This document shows, piece after piece, positions 36,701-48,700 of a stretch of DNA of 64,000 bases; positions within the stretch are counted from its first letter, which is position 1; each line of letters begins with the position of its first letter. Source of the DNA: Eledone cirrhosa. Taxonomy: Eukaryota. The position numbers and the translations under genes are program-made. The stretch covers positions 10,664,001-10,728,000 of the forward strand of contig OZ024757.1 in the NCBI GenBank assembly GCA_964016885.1. Direction: 5' to 3'. Below the pieces are notes generated by a model, which was not told the DNA's origin, did not search any database, and was given only the letters and a program-made list of their open reading frames with translations.

Positions 36701-39700
36701 GTGGTGCTGGTAGTGTTGATGGTGGTGACTGTGGTGGTGGTAGTGTTGATGGTGGTCGCGATGGTGGTAGTGTTGATGGTGGTGGCGGTGGTGGTAGTGT
36801 TGATCGTGGTGGTGGTGGTGGCAGTGTTGATGGTGGTGGCGGTGGTGATGGTAGTGTTGATGGTGGTGGCGGTGGTGGTGGTAGTGTTGATGGTGGTAGT
36901 GTTGATGGTGGTGGCGGTGGTGGTAGTATTGATGATGGTGGCGGTGGTGGTGGTAGTATTGATCGTGGTGGTGGTGGTGGCAGTGTTGATGGTGGTGGCG
37001 GTGGTGATGGTAGTGTTGATGGTGGTGGCGGTGGTGGTGGTAGTGTTGAGGGTGGTGGCGGTGGTGGTAGTATTGATGATGGTGGCGGTGGTGGTGGTAT
37101 TTTTGATGGTGGTGGCGGTGGTGGTAGTGTTGATGGTGGTGGCGGTGGTGCTAGTAGTGTTGAGGGTGGTGACTGTGGTGGTGGTAGTGTTGATGGTGGT
37201 GGCGGTGGTGGTAGTGTTCATGGTGGTGGCGGTGGTGGTAGTGTTGATGGTGGTGGTGCTAGTGTTGATGATGGTGGCGGTGGTGGTAGTGTTGATGGCG
37301 GTGGCGGTGGTGGTAGTGTTGATGGTGATGGCGGTGGTGGTAGTGTTGATGGTGGAGGTGGTGGTGGTAGTGTTGATGGTGGTGGCGCTGGTGGTAGTGT
37401 TGATGGTGGTGGCGGTGGTGGTAGTGTTGATGGTGGTGGCGGTGGTGGTAGTGTTGATGGTGGTGGTGGCGGTGGTGGTAGTGTTGATGGTGGTGGCGGT
37501 GGTGGTGGTAGTGTTGATGGTGGTGGCGGTGGTGGTAGAGTTGATGGTGATGGCGGTGGTTGTAGTGTTGATGGTGGTGGCGGTGGTGGTAGTGTTGATG
37601 GTGGTGGCGGTGGTAGTAGTGTTGAGTGTGGTGGTGGTGTTGGTGGTAGTGTTGATGGTGGTGGCGGTGGTGGTGGTAGTGTTGATGGTGGTGGCGGTGG
37701 TGGTAGAGTTGATGGTGATGGTGGTGGTGGTAGTGTTGATGGTGGTGGCGGTGGTGGTAGTGTTGATGGTGGTGGCAGTGGTGGTAGTGTTGATGGTGCT
37801 GGAGGTGTTGGTGGTAGTGTTGATGGTGGTGGCGGTGGTGGTGGTAGTGTTGATGGTGGTGGCGGTGGTGGTAGTGTTGATGGTGGTGGCGGTGGTGGTA
37901 GTGTTGATCGTGGTGGTGGTGGTGGCAGTGTTGATGGTGGTGGCGGTGGTGATGGTAGTGTTGATGGTGGTGGCGGTGGCGGTGGTAGTGTTGTTGGTGG
38001 TGGCGGTGGTGGTAGTATTGATGGTGGTGGCGGTGGTGGTAGTATTGATGATGGTGGCGGTGGTGGTGGTAGTATTGATGGTGGTGGCGGTGGTGGTAGT
38101 GTTGATGGCGGTGGTGCTGGTAGTGTTGATGGTGGTGACTGTGGTGGTGGTAGTGTTGATGGTGGTGGCGGTGGTGGTAGTGTTGATGGTGGTGGTGGTA
38201 GTGTTGATGGTGGTGGCGGTGGTGGTAGTGTTGATGGCGGTGGCGGTGGTGGTAGTGTTGAGTGTGGTGGAGGTGTTGGTGGTAGTGTTCATGGTGGTGG
38301 CGGTGGTGGTGGTAGTGTTTCTGGTGGTGGCGGTGGTGGTAGAGTTGATGGTGATGGTGGTGGTGGTAGTGTTGATGGTGGTGGCGGTGGTGGTAGTGTT
38401 GATGGTGGTGGCGGTGGTGGTAGTGTTGATGGTGCTGGAGGTGTTGGTGGTAGTGTTGATGGTGGTGGCGGTGGTGCTGGTAGTGTTGATGGTGGTGGCG
38501 GTGGTGGTAGTGTTGATGGTGGTGGCGGTGGTGGTGGTGGTGGCAGTGTTGATGGTGGTGGCGGTGGTGATGGTAGTTTTGATGGTGGTGGCGGTGGTGG
38601 TGGTAGTGTTGTTGGTGGTGGCGGTGGTGGTAGTGTTGATGGTGGTGGCGGTGGTGGTAGTATTGATGATGGTGGCGGTGGTGGTGGTAGTGTTGATGGT
38701 GGTGGCGGTGGTGGTACTGTTGATGGTGGTGGAGGTGGTGGTGGTAGTGTTGATGGTGGTGGCGGTGGTGGTGGTAGTGTTGATGGTGGTGGCGGTGGTG
38801 GTAGAGTTGATGGTGATGGCGGTGGTGGTAGTGTTGATGGTGGAGGTGGTGGTGGTAGTGTTGATGGTGGTGGCGGTGGTGGTGGTAGTGTTGATGGTGG
38901 TGGCGGTGGTGGTAGAGTTGATGGTGATGGCGGTGGTGGTAGTGTTGATGGTGGTGGCGGTGGAGGTAGTGTTGATGGTGGTGGCGGTGGTGGTAGGGTT
39001 GAGTATGGTGGAGGTGTTGGTGGTAGTGTTGATGGTGGTGGCGGTGGTGGTGGTAGTGTTGATGGTCGTGGCGGTGGTGGTAGAGTTGATGGTGATGGTG
39101 GTGGTGGTAGTGTTGATGGTGGTGGCGGTGGTGGTAGTGTTGATGGTGGTGGCGGTGGTGGTAGTGTTGATGGTGGTGGCGGTGGTGGTAGTGTTGAGTA
39201 TGGTGGAGGTGTTGGTGGTAGTGTTGATGGTGGTGGCGGTGGTGGTGGTAGTGTTGATGGTGGTGGCGGTGGTGGTAGTGTTGATGGTGGTGGCGGTGGT
39301 GGTAGTGTTGATGGTGGTGGCGGTGGTGGTAGTGTTGATGGTGGCGGTGGCGGTGGTGGTAGTGTTGATGGTGGTGGCGGTGGTGGTGGTAGTGTTGATG
39401 GTGGTGGCGGTGGTGGTAGAGTTGATGGTGATGGCGGTGGTGGTAGTGTTGATTGTGGTGGCGGTGGTGGTAGTGTTGATGGTGGTGGCGGTGGTGGTGG
39501 TAGTGTTGATGGTGGTGGCGGTGGTGGTAGAGTTGATGGTGATGGTGGTGGTGGTAGTGTTGATGGTGGTGGCGGTGGTGGTAGTGTTGATGGTGGTGGC
39601 GGTGGTGGTAGTGTTGATGGTGCTGGAGGTGTTGGTGGTAGTGTTGATGGTGGTGGCGGTGGTGGTGGTAGTGTTGATGGTGGTGGCGGTGGTGGTAGTG

Positions 39701-42700
39701 TTGATGGTGGTGGCGGTGGTGGTAGTGTTGATGGTGGTGGCGGTGGTGGTAGTGTTGATGGTGGTGGCGGTGGTGGTAGTGTTGATGGTGGTGGTGGCGG
39801 TGGTGGTAGTGTTGATGGTGGTTGCGGTGGTGGTGGTAGTGTTGATGGTGGTGGCGGTGGCGGTGGTGGTAGAGTTGATGGTGATGGCGGTGGTGGTAGT
39901 GTTGATGGTGGTGGCGGTGGAGGTAGTGTTGATGGTGGTGGCGGTGTTGGTAGTGTTGAGTATGGTGGAGGTGTTGGTGGTAGTGTTGATGGTGGTGGCG
40001 GTGGTGGTGGTAGTGTTGATGGTGGTGGCGGTGGTGGTAGAGTTGATGGTGATGGTGGTGGTGGTAGTGTTGATGGTGGTGGCGGTGGTGGTAGTGTTGA
40101 TGGTGGTGGCGGTGGTGGTAGTGTTGATGGTGCTGGAGGTGTTGGTGGTAGTGTTGATGGTGGTGGCGGTGGTGGTGGTAGTGTTGATGGTGGTGGCGAT
40201 GGTGGTAGGGTTGATGGTGGTGGCGGTGGTGGTAGTGTTGATCGTGGCGGTGGTGGTGGCAGTGTTGATGGTGGTGGCGGTGGTGATGGTAGTGTTGATG
40301 GTGGTGGCGGTGGTGGTGATAGTGTTGATGGTGGTGGCGGTGGTGGCACTGTTGATGGTGGTGGCGGTGGTGGTAGTAATGATGATGGTGGCGGTGGTGG
40401 TGGTAGTATTGATGGTGGTGGCGGTGGTGGTAGTGTTGATGGTGGTGGCGGTGGTGCTGGTAGTGTTGATGGTGGTGACTGTGGTGGTGGTAGTGTTGAT
40501 GGTGGTGGTGGTAGTGTTGATGGTGGTGGCGGTGGTGGTAGTATTGATGATGGTGGCGGTGGTGGTGGTAGTATTGATGGTGGTGGCGGTGGTGGTAGTG
40601 TTGATGGTGGTGGCGGTGGTGCTGGTAGTGTTGATGGTGGTGGCGGTGGTGGTAGTGTTCATGGTGGTGGCGGTGGTGGTAGTATTGATGGTGGTGGTGC
40701 TAGTGTTGATGATGGTGGCGGTGGTGGTAGTGTTGATGGCGGTGGCGGTGGTGGTAGTGTTGATGGTGATGGCGGTGGTGGTAGTGTTGATGGTGGTGGC
40801 GGTGGTGGTGGTAGTGTTGATGGTGGTGGCGGTGGTGGTAGAGTTGATGGTGATGGCGGTGGTGGTAGTGTTGATGGTGGTGGTGCTAGTGTTGATGATG
40901 GTGGCGGTGGTGGTAGTGTTGATGGCGGTGGCGGTGGTGGTAGTGTTGATGGTGATGGCGGTGGTGGTAGTGTTGATGGTGGTGGCGGTGGTGGTGGTAG
41001 TGTTGATGGTGGTGGCGGTGGTGGTAGAGTTGATGGTGATGGCGGTGGTGGTAGTGTTGATGGTGGTGGCGGTGGTGGTAGTGTTGATGGTGGTGGCGGT
41101 GGTGGTGGTAGTGTTGATGGTGGTGGCGATGGTGGTAGTGTTGATGGTGGTGGCGGTGGTGGTTGTGTTGATCGTGGCGGTGGTGGTGGCAGTGTTGATG
41201 GTGGTGGCGGTGGTGTAGGGAGTGTTGATGGTGGTGGCGGTGGTGGTGGTAGTGTTGATGGTGGTGGCGGTGGTGGTAGTGTTGATGGTGGTGGCGGTGG
41301 TGGTAGTATTGATGATGATGGCGGTGGTGGTGGAAGTATTGATGGTGGTGGCGGTGGTGGTAGTGTTGATGGTGGTGGCGGTGGTGCTGGTAGTGTTGAT
41401 GGTGGTGACTGTGGTGGTGGTAGTGTTGATGGTGGTCGCGATGGTGGTAGTGTTGATGGTGGTGGCGGTGGTGGTAGTGTTGATCGTGGTGGTGGTGGTT
41501 GTAGTGTTGATGGTGGTGGCGGTGGTGGTAGTGTTGATGGTGGTGGCGGTGGTAGTAGTGTTGAGTGTGGTGGAGGTGTTGGTGGTAGTGTTGATGGTGG
41601 TGGCGGTGGTGGTGGTAGAGTTGATGGTGATGGTGGTGGTGGTAGTGTTGATGGTGGTGGCGGTGGTGGTAGTGTTGATGGTGGTGGCAGTGGTGGTAGT
41701 GTTGATGGTGCTGGAGGTGTTGGTGGTAGTGTTGATGGTGGTGGCGGTGGTGGTGGTAGTGTTGATGGTGGTGGCGGTGGTGGTAGTGTTGATGGTGGTG
41801 GCGGTGGTGGTAGTGTTGATCGTGGTGGTGGTGGTGGCAGTGTTGATGGTGGTGGCGGTGGTGATGGTAGTGTTGATGGTGGTGGCGGTGGCGGTGGTAG
41901 TGTTGTTGGTGGTGGCGGTGGTGGTAGTATTGATGGTGGTGGCGGTGGTGGTAGTATTGATGATGGTGGCGGTGGTGGTGGTAGTATTGATGGTGGTGGC
42001 GGTGGTGGTAGTGTTGATGGCGGTGGTGCTGGTAGTGTTGATGGTGGTGACTGTGGTGGTGGTAGTGTTGATGGTGGTGGCGGTGGTGGTAGTGTTGATG
42101 GTGGTGGTGGTAGTGTTGATGGTGGTGGCGGTGGTGGTAGTGTTGATGGCGGTGGCGGTGGTGGTAGTGTTGATGGTGATGGCGGTGATGTTGGTGTTGA
42201 TGGTGGTGGCGGTGGTGGTGGTAGTATTGATGGTGGTGGCGGTGGTGGTAGTGTTGATGGTGGTGGCGGTGGTGGTGGTAGTGTTGATGGTGGTGGCGGT
42301 GGTTGTGGTAGAGTTGATGGTGGCGGCGGTGGTGGTAGTGTTGATGGTGTTCGCCGTGGTGGTAGTGTTGATGGTGGTGGCGGTGGTGGTGGTAGTGTTG
42401 ATGTTGATGGCGGTGGTGGTAGTGTTGATGGTGGTGGCGGAGGTGGTAGTGTTGATGGTGGTCGTGGTGGTGGTAGTGTTGATGGTGGTGGTGGTGGTGG
42501 TACTGTTGATGGTGGTGGAGGTGGTGGTGGTAGTGTTGATGGTGGTGGCGGTGGTGGTGGTAGTGTTGATGGTGGTGGTGGTAGTGTTGATGGTGGTGGC
42601 GGTGGTTGTAGTGTTGATGGCGGTGGCGGTGGTGGTAGTATTGATGGTGATGGCGGTGGTGGTAGTGTTGATGGTGGAGGTGGTGGTGGTAGTGTTGATG

Positions 42701-45700
42701 GTGGTGGCGGTGGTGGTGGTAGTGTTGATGGTGGTGGCGGTGGTGGTAGAGTTGATGGTGATGGCGGTGGTGGTAGTGTTGATGGTGGTGGCGGTGGTGG
42801 TAGTGTTGATCGTGGTGGCGGTGGTGGTAGTGTTGATGGTGGCGGTGGCGGTGGTGGTAGTGTTGATGGTGGTGGCGGTGGTGGTGGTAGTGTTGATGGT
42901 GGTGGCGGTGGTGGTAGAGTTGATGGTGATGGCGGTGGTGGTAGTGTTGATTGTGGTGGCGGTGGTGGTAGTGTTGATGGTGGTGGCGGTGGTGGTGGTA
43001 GTGTTGATGGTGGTGGCGGTGGTGGTAGAGTTGATGGTGATGGTGGTGGTGGTAGTGTTGATGGTGGTGGCGGTGGTGGTAGTGTTGATGGTGGTGGCGG
43101 TGGTGGTAGTGTTGATGGTGCTGGAGGTGTTGGTGGTAGTGTTGATGGTGGTGGCGGTGGTGGTGGTAGTGTTGATGGTGGTGGCGGTGGTGGTAGTGTT
43201 GATGGTGGTGGCGGTGGTGGTAGTGTTGATGGTGGTGGCGGTGGTGGTAGTGTTGATGGTGGTGGCGGTGGTGGTAGTGTTGATGGTGGTGGTGGCGGTG
43301 GTGGTAGTGTTGATGGTGGTTGCGGTGGTGGTGGTAGTGTTGATGGTGGTGGCGGTGGCGGTGGTGGTAGAGTTGATGGTGATGGCGGTGGTGGTAGTGT
43401 TGATGGTGGTGGCGGTGGAGGTAGTGTTGATGGTGGTGGCGGTGGTGGTAGTGTTGAGTATGGTGGAGGTGTTGGTGGTAGTGTTGATGGTGGTGGCGGT
43501 GGTGGTGGTAGTGTTGATGGTGGTGGCGGTGGTGGTAGAGTTGATGGTGATGGTGGTGGCGGTGGTGGTAGTGTTGATGGTGCTGGAGGTGTTGGTGGTA
43601 GTGTTGATGGTGGTGGCGGTGGTGGTGGTAGTGTTGATGGTGGTGGCGATGGTGGTGGCGGTGGTGGTGGTAGTGTTGATGGTGGTGGCGATGGTGGTAG
43701 GGTTGATGGTGGTGGCGGTGGTGGTAGTGTTGATCGTGGCGGTGGTGGTGGCAGTGTTGATGGTGGTGGCGGTGGTGATGGTAGTGTTGATGGTGGTGGC
43801 GGTGGTGGTGATAGTGTTGATGGTGGTGGCGGTGGTGGCACTGTTGATGGTGGTGGCGGTGGTGGTAGTAATGATGATGGTGGCGGTGGTGGTGGTAGTA
43901 TTGATGGTGGTGGCGGTGGTGGTAGTGTTGATGGTGGTGGCGGTGGTGCTGGTAGTGTTGATGGTGGTGACTGTGGTGGTGGTAGTGTTGATGGTGGTGG
44001 TGGTAGTGTTGATGGTGGTGGCGGTGGTGGTAGTATTGATGATGGTGGCGGTGGTGGTGGTAGTATTGATGGTGGTGGCGGTGGTGGTAGTGTTGATGGT
44101 GGTGGCGGTGGTGCTGGTAGTGTTGATGGTGGTGACTGTGGTGGTGGTAGTGTTGATGGTGGTGGCGGTGGTGGTTGTGTTCATGGTGGTGGCGGTGGTG
44201 GTAGTATTGATGGTGGTGGTGCTAGTGTTGATGATGGTGGCGGTGGTGGTAGTGTTGATGGCGGTGGCGGTGGTGGTAGTGTTGATGGTGATGGCGGTGG
44301 TGGTAGTGTTGATGGTGGTGGCGGTGGTGGTGGTAGTGTTGATGGTGGTGGCGGTGGTGGTAGAGTTGATGGTGATGGCGGTGGTGGTAGTGTTGATGGT
44401 GGTGGTGCTAGTGTTGATGATGGTGGCGGTGGTGGTAGTGTTGATGGCGGTGGCGGTGGTGGTAGTGTTGATGGTGATGGCGGTGGTGGTAGTGTTGATG
44501 GTGGTGGCGGTGGTGGTGGTAGTGTTGATGGTGGTGGCGGTGGTGGTAGAGTTGATGGTGATGGCGGTGGTGGTAGTGTTGATGGTGGTGGCGGTGGTGG
44601 TAGTGTTGATGGTGGTGGCGGTGGTGGTGGTAGTATTGATCGTGGTGGTGGTGGTGGCAGTGTTGATGGTGGTGGCGGTGGTGATGGTAGTGTTGATGGT
44701 GGTGGCGGTGGTGGTGGTAGTGTTGAGGGTGGTGGCGGTGGTGGTAGTATTGATGATGGTGGCGGTGGTGGTGGTATTTTTGATGGTGGTGGCGGTGGTG
44801 GTAGTGTTGATGGTGGTGGCGGTGGTGCTAGTAGTGTTGAGGGTGGTGACTGTGGTGGTGGTAGTGTTGATGGTGGTGGCGGTGGTGGTAGTGTTCATGG
44901 TGGTGGCGGTGGTGGTAGTGTTGATGGTGGTGGTGCTAGTGTTGATGATGGTGGCGGTGGTGGTAGTGTTGATGGCGGTGGCGGTGGTGGTAGTGTTGAT
45001 GGTGATGGCGGTGGTGGTAGTGTTGATGGTGGAGGTGGTGGTGGTAGTGTTGATGGTGGTGGCGGTGGTGGTGGTAGTGTTGATGGTGGTGGCGGTGGTG
45101 GTAGTGTTGATCGTGGCGGTGGTGGTGGCAGTGTTGATGGTGGTGGCGGTGGTGATGGGAGTGTTGATGGTGGTGGCGGTGGTGGTGGTAGTGTTGATGG
45201 TGGTGGCGGTGGTGGTAGTGTTGATGGTGGTGGCGGTGGTGGTAGTATTGATGATGATGGCGGTGGTGGTGGAAGTATTGATGGTGGTGGCGGTGGTGGT
45301 AGTGTTGATGGTGGTGGCGGTGGTGCTGGTAGTGTTGATGGTGGTGACTGTGGTGGTGGTAGTGTTGATGGTGGTCGCGATGGTGGTAGTGTTGATGGTG
45401 GTGGCGGTGGTGGTAGTGTTGATCGTGGTGGTGGTGGTGGCAGTGTTGATGGTGGTGGCGGTGGTGATGGTAGTGTTGATGGTGGTGGCGGTGGTGGTGG
45501 TAGTGTTGATGGTGGTAGTGTTGATGGTGGTGGCGGTGGTGGTAGTATTGATGATGGTGGCGGTGGTGGTGGTAGTATTGATCGTGGTGGTGGTGGTGGC
45601 AGTGTTGATGGTGGTGGCGGTGGTGATGGTAGTGTTGATGGTGGTGGCGGTGGTGGTGGTAGTGTTGAGGGTGGTGGCGGTGATGGTAGTATTGATGATG

Positions 45701-48700
45701 GTGGCGGTGGTGGTGGTATTTTTGATGGTGGTGGCGGTGGTGGTAGTGTTGATGGTGGTGGCGGTGGTGCTAGTAGTGTTGAGGGTGGTGACTGTGGTGG
45801 TGGTAGTGTTGATGGTGGTGGCGGTGGTAGTAGTGTTCATGGTGGTGGCGGTGGTGGTAGTGTTGATGGTGGTGGTGCTAGTGTTGATGATGGTGGCGGT
45901 GGTGGTAGTGTTGATGGCGGTGGCGGTGGTGGTAGTGTTGATGGTGATGGCGGTGGTGGTAGTGTTGATGGTGGAGGTGGTGGTGGTAGTGTTGATGGTG
46001 GTGGCGGTGGTGGTGGTAGTGTTGATGGTGGTGGCGCTGGTGGTAGTGTTGATGGTGGTGGCGGTGGTGGTAGTGTTGATGGTGGTGGCGGTGGTGGTAG
46101 TGTTGATGGTGGTGGTGGCGGTGGTGGTAGTGTTGATGGTGGTGGCGGTGGTGGTGGTAGTGTTGATGGTGGTGGCGGTGGTGGTAGAGTTGATGGTGAT
46201 GGCGGTGGTTGTAGTGTTGATGGTGGTGGCGGTGGCGGTGGTGGTAGTGTTGATGGTGGTGGCGGTGGTAGTAGTGTTGAGTGTGGTGGTAGTGTTGGTG
46301 GTAGTGTTGATGGTGGTGGCGGTGGTGGTGGTAGTGTTGATGGTGGTGGCGGTGGTGGTAGAGTTGATGGTGATGGTGGTGGTGGTAGTGTTGATGGTGG
46401 TGGCGGTGGTGGTAGTGTTGATGGTGGTGGCAGTGGTGGTAGTGTTGATGGTGCTGGAGGTGTTGGTGGTAGTGTTGATGGTGGTGGCGGTGGTGGTGGT
46501 AGTGTTGATGGTGGTGGCGGTGGTGGTAGTGTTGATGGTGGTGGCGGTGGTGGTAGTGTTGATGGTGCTGGAGGTGTTGGTGGTAGTGTTGATGGTGGTG
46601 GCGGTGGTGGTGGTAGTGTTGATGGTGGTGGCGGTGGTGGTAGTGTTGATGGTGGTGGCGGTGGTGGTGGTGGTGGCAGTGTTGATGGTGGTGGCGGTGG
46701 TGATGGTAGTTTTGATGGTGGTGGCGGTGGTGGTGGTAGTGTTGTTGGTGGTGGCGGTGGTGGTAGTGTTGATGGTGGTGGCGGTGGTGGTAGTATTGAT
46801 GATGGTGGCGGTGGTGGTAGTGTTGATGGTGGTGGCGGTGGTGGTACTGTTGATGGTGGTGGAGGTGGTGGTGGTAGTGTTGATGGTGGTGGCGGTGGTG
46901 GTGGTAGTGTTGATGGTGGTGGCGGTGGTGGTAGAGTTGATGGTGATGGCGGTGGTGGTAGTGTTGATGGTGGAGGTGGTGGTGGTAGTGTTGATGGTGG
47001 TGGCGGTGGTGGTGGTAGTGTTGATGGTGGTGGTGGTGGTGGTAGAGTTGATGGTGATGGCGGTGGTGGTAGTGTTGATGGTAGTGGCGGTGGAGGTAGT
47101 GTTGATGGTGGTGGCGGTGGTGGTAGGGTTGAGTATGGTGGAGGTGTTGGTGGTAGTGTTGATGGTGGTGGCGGTGGTGGTGGTAGTGTTGATGGTGGTG
47201 GCGGTGGTGGTAGAGTTGATGGTGATGGTGGTGGTGGTAGTGTTGATGGTGGTGGCGGTGGTGGTAGTGTTGATGGTGGTGGCGGTGGTGGTAGTGTTGA
47301 TGGTGGTGGCGGTGGTGGTAGTGTTGAGTATGGTGGAGGTGTTGGTGGTAGTGTTGATGGTGGTGGCGGTGGTGGTGGTAGTGTTGATGGTGGTGGCGGT
47401 GGTGGTAGTGTTGATGGTGGTGGCGGTGGTGGTAGTGTTGATGGTGGTGGCGGTGGTGGTAGTGTTGATGGTGGCGGTGGCGGTGGTGGTAGTGTTGATG
47501 GTGGTGGCGGTGGTGGTGGTAGTGTTGATGGTGGTGGCGGTGGTGGTAGAGTTGATGGTGATGGCGGTGGTGGTAGTGTTGATTGTGGTGGCGGTGGTGG
47601 TAGTGTTGATGGTGGTGGCGGTGGTGGTGGTAGTGTTGATGGTGGTGGCGGTGGTGGTAGAGTTGATGGTGTTGGTGGTGGTGGTAGTGTTGATGGTGGT
47701 GGCGGTGGTGGTAGTGTTGATGGTGCTGGAGGTGTTGGTGGTAGTGTTGATGGTGGTGGCGGTGGTGGTGGTAGTGTTGATGGTGGTGGCGGTGGTGGTA
47801 GTGTTGATGGTGGTGGCGGTGGTGGTAGTGTTGATGGTGGTGGCGGTGGTGGTAGTGTTGATGGTGGTGGCGGTGGTGGTAGTGTTGATGGTGGTGGTGG
47901 CGGTGGTGGTAGTGTTGATGGTGGTTGCGGTGGTGGTGGTAGTGTTGATGGTGGTGGCGGTGGCGGTGGTGGTAGAGTTGATGGTGATGGCGGTGGTGGT
48001 AGTGTTGATGGTGGTGGCGGTGGAGGTAGTGTTGATGGTGGTGGCGGTGTTGGTAGTGTTGAGTATGGTGGAGGTGTTGGTGGTAGTGTTGATGGTGGTG
48101 GCGGTGGTGGTGGTAGTGTTGATGGTGGTGGCGGTGGTGGTAGAGTTGATGGTGATGGTGGTGGTGGTAGTGTTGATGGTGGTGGCGGTGGTGGTAGTGT
48201 TGATGGTGGTGGCGGTGGTGGTAGTGTTGATGGTGCTGGAGGTGTTGGTGGTAGTGTTGATGGTGGTGGCGGTGGTGGTGGTAGTGTTGATGGTGGTGGC
48301 GATGGTGGTAGGGTTGATGGTGGTGGCGGTGGTGGTAGTGTTGATCGTGGCGGTGGTGGTGGCAGTGTTGATGGTGGTGGCGGTGGTGATGGTAGTGTTG
48401 ATGGTGGTGGCGGTGGTGGTGATAGTGTTGATGGTGGTGGCGGTGGTGGCACTGTTGATGGTGGTGGCGGTGGTGGTAGTAATGATGATGGTGGCGGTGG
48501 TGGTGGTAGTATTGATGGTGGTGGCGGTGGTGGTAGTGTTGATGGTGGTGGCGGTGGTGCTGGTAGTGTTGATGGTGGTGACTGTGGTGGTGGTAGTGTT
48601 GATGGTGGTGGTGGTAGTGTTGATGGTGGTGGCGGTGGTGGTAGTATTGATGATGGTGGCGGTGGTGGTGGTAGTATTGATGGTGGTGGCGGTGGTGGTA

